NCBI GenBank assembly: GCA_030390025.1
Contig: CM059431.1
Coordinates: 156,304,001 to 156,368,000 of the forward strand
DNA from: Squalus acanthias
Lineage: Eukaryota
Direction: 5' to 3'
DNA: 64,000 nucleotides
The notes below the pieces were generated by a model. That model did not search any database, was not told the DNA's origin, and saw nothing but the letters and a program-made list of their open reading frames with translations. Made by a program: the position numbers and the translations under genes. Below, one piece after another: positions 62,201 through 64,000 of the stretch (the first letter of the stretch is position 1; the number at the start of each line of letters is the position of its first letter).

Positions 62201-64000
62201 AGGGGTGAGTACAGGTTGTTTTGGTGTGTCAGGGTAAGCACAGGGGGTGTGGGTGTGTCAGGGTTTGAGTACAGGGGGTGTGGGTGAGTCAGGGTGAGTA
62301 CAGGAGATGTGAGTGGTTCAGGGTGAGTACAGTGGGTGTGGATGGGTCACAGTGAGTACAGGAGATATGAGTGGGTCAGGGTGAGTACAGTGGGTGTGTT
62401 TGGATCAGCGTGAGTACAGGAGATGTGAGTGGCTCCAGGTGAGTATAGGAGGTGTGGGAGGGTCAGGGTGAGTACAGGAGGTGCGGGTGGGTCAAGGTGA
62501 GTACACGGGGCTTGGGTTGTTCAGGGTCTGAGTTCAGGTGGAGTTCATGGGTCAGGGTGAATACAGGACCTGTGGGTGAGTTAGGGTGAATACAGGGGGA
62601 GTGGCTGCGTCAGGGTGAGAAAAGGAGGTGTGGGTGGGGCAGGGTGAATACAGGTGGCGTTGCGGGTCAGGGCGACTACAGCGGGTGTGGGTGGTTTAGG
62701 GGGTTTGCTCAGGGGGTGTGGGCTGGTCAAGGGGTGAGCACAGGATGTGTGGGTGTGTCAGGGTGAGTACAGCTGGTGTGGGTGCTTCTGGGTGAGTACA
62801 GGGGTTGTGGGTGAGTCTGGGGGTCAGTACAGGGGTTGTGAGTGGTTCAGGGGCTGAGTACAGGAGGTGTCGTTCCGTCAGGGTGAGTACACGAGTTTTG
62901 GGTGTGTCGGGGTGTGAGTTCAGGTGTGTGGCTGTGTCATGGGGTGACTACAGGGGGTGCGCTTGGGTCAGGGGCTGCATACCGGCTGTGTCGGTGTGTC
63001 AGGGTGTGAGCACAGTGAGTGTGGGTGGGTCAGGGTGAAAACAGGAGGTGTGTGTGGGTCAGGGTGAATACAGGAGGAGTGGGTGGGTTTGGGTCAATAC
63101 AGGAGGTGTGAGTGGGTCAGCGTGAGCACAGGAGATGTGGGTGGTTCAGGGATAGTACAGGAATTGTGGGTGGTTCAGGGAGATTACATGATTTGTGGTT
63201 GGGTCAGTGGGTGAGTACAGGGGTTGCGGGTGTGTCAGGCTGTGCGTAATGGGGGAGTGGGTGAGTGAGGAGTTGATTACAGGGGGTATGGGTCTGTCAG
63301 GGTGAATACTGGGTGTGTGAGTGGGTCAGAGTGAGTACAGGAGGAGTGTGTGGCTCAGCATGAGTAAAGTAGATTTGGGTGGGTCAGGGAGAGTACAGGT
63401 GGTGTGGGTGGATCCGGGTGAATACAGGGATTATGGGTGTGTCAGGGTGAGTACAGGAGGTGTGGGTGGATCAGGGTGAGTACAGGAGATGTGGGTGGGT
63501 GACAGTGAGCAAAGGAGTTGTGGGGGTGTCACGGGTTGAGTACAGGGGTGTGGATAGACAGGATAAGAACAGGGGGTTCTGGGTGTGCCAGGGTGAGTAC
63601 TGGAGGTGTTTGTGCGTAAGTGTGAGTACAGGAGGTGTGGGTGGGTAAGGGTGAGTAGAGGAGGTGTGTGTGGGTCAGGGGGTGAGTACAGCTGGTGAGG
63701 GTGTTTCAGGGGTTTAGTACAGGAGGTGTGGGTGGTTAATGGTGAGTAAAAGAGGTGCGGGTGAGTAGAGGGGGTGTTGGGGATCGGGGGTGAGTGCAAC
63801 GGGTGTGGGTTGGTCGGGGGGTGAGTACACGGGGTGTGGGTGGATCAGTTTGAATACATGGGGTGTGGGTGAGTCAGTGGGTGAGTACAAGGGGCGTGGG
63901 AGGTTCAGGGTTATTACAGGAGGTGAGGGTGTGTCAGGATGAGTACAGGAGGTGTTGGTGGGTCGGTCGGGGAAAGTAGGTGTGGGTGTGTCAGGGTGAG
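50209..64000 (+). repeat. G-rich 28-29 bp tandem satellite (>13.7 kb, runs off the window) with higher-order structure
   Basis: Consensus GGGTGAGTACAGGAGGTGTGGGTGGGTCA; CpG-rich variant GGGTGAGTGCGGGATGTGCGGTGGGTCA at the left edge. Confidence 0.97.

Noticed and set aside
50209..64000. Many short G/V/W-rich or P/T/H-rich ORFs, and a possible CRISPR-like array
   Set aside because: They are translations of the satellite; units are contiguous diverged monomers with no unique spacers, and the context is eukaryotic

Overview
Vertebrate genomic DNA, most likely a cartilaginous fish (inferred from the CR1 3' tails, DeuSINE/MetaSINE remnants, Penelope-like elements, an NLR gene and a GPR139-like fragment). 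Most of the window is repeats. The only clear host gene is a minus-strand NACHT-LRR (NLR) gene, with four exons reconstructed at 31712-29999, 24738-24652, 24384-24193 and 23950-23863. Its splice sites and frame are intact, but it has three in-frame stops and an altered Walker B, so it is probably a recent pseudogene; its 5' exon(s) are not in the window. Around it lie many CR1 LINEs (one nearly intact), two decayed copies of a second APE-RT LINE family, an RTE copy with a twin-priming-like 5' inversion, a hairpin-rich MITE and SINE remnants. A 16.4-kb nest of six retroelements (33384-49833) splits a ~39-bp minisatellite. The nest holds an open 927-codon Penelope/Neptune RT-GIY-YIG frame, several hammerhead ribozyme motifs and a ~2.5-kb Penelope palindrome with a 2-nt spacer and 12-bp TSD. 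The last ~13.8 kb is a G-rich 29-bp satellite with a ~1.81-kb higher-order repeat; its consensus unit carries a 5' splice-site match and G-quadruplex-type G runs. All boundaries were read by eye and those of decayed repeats are approximate.
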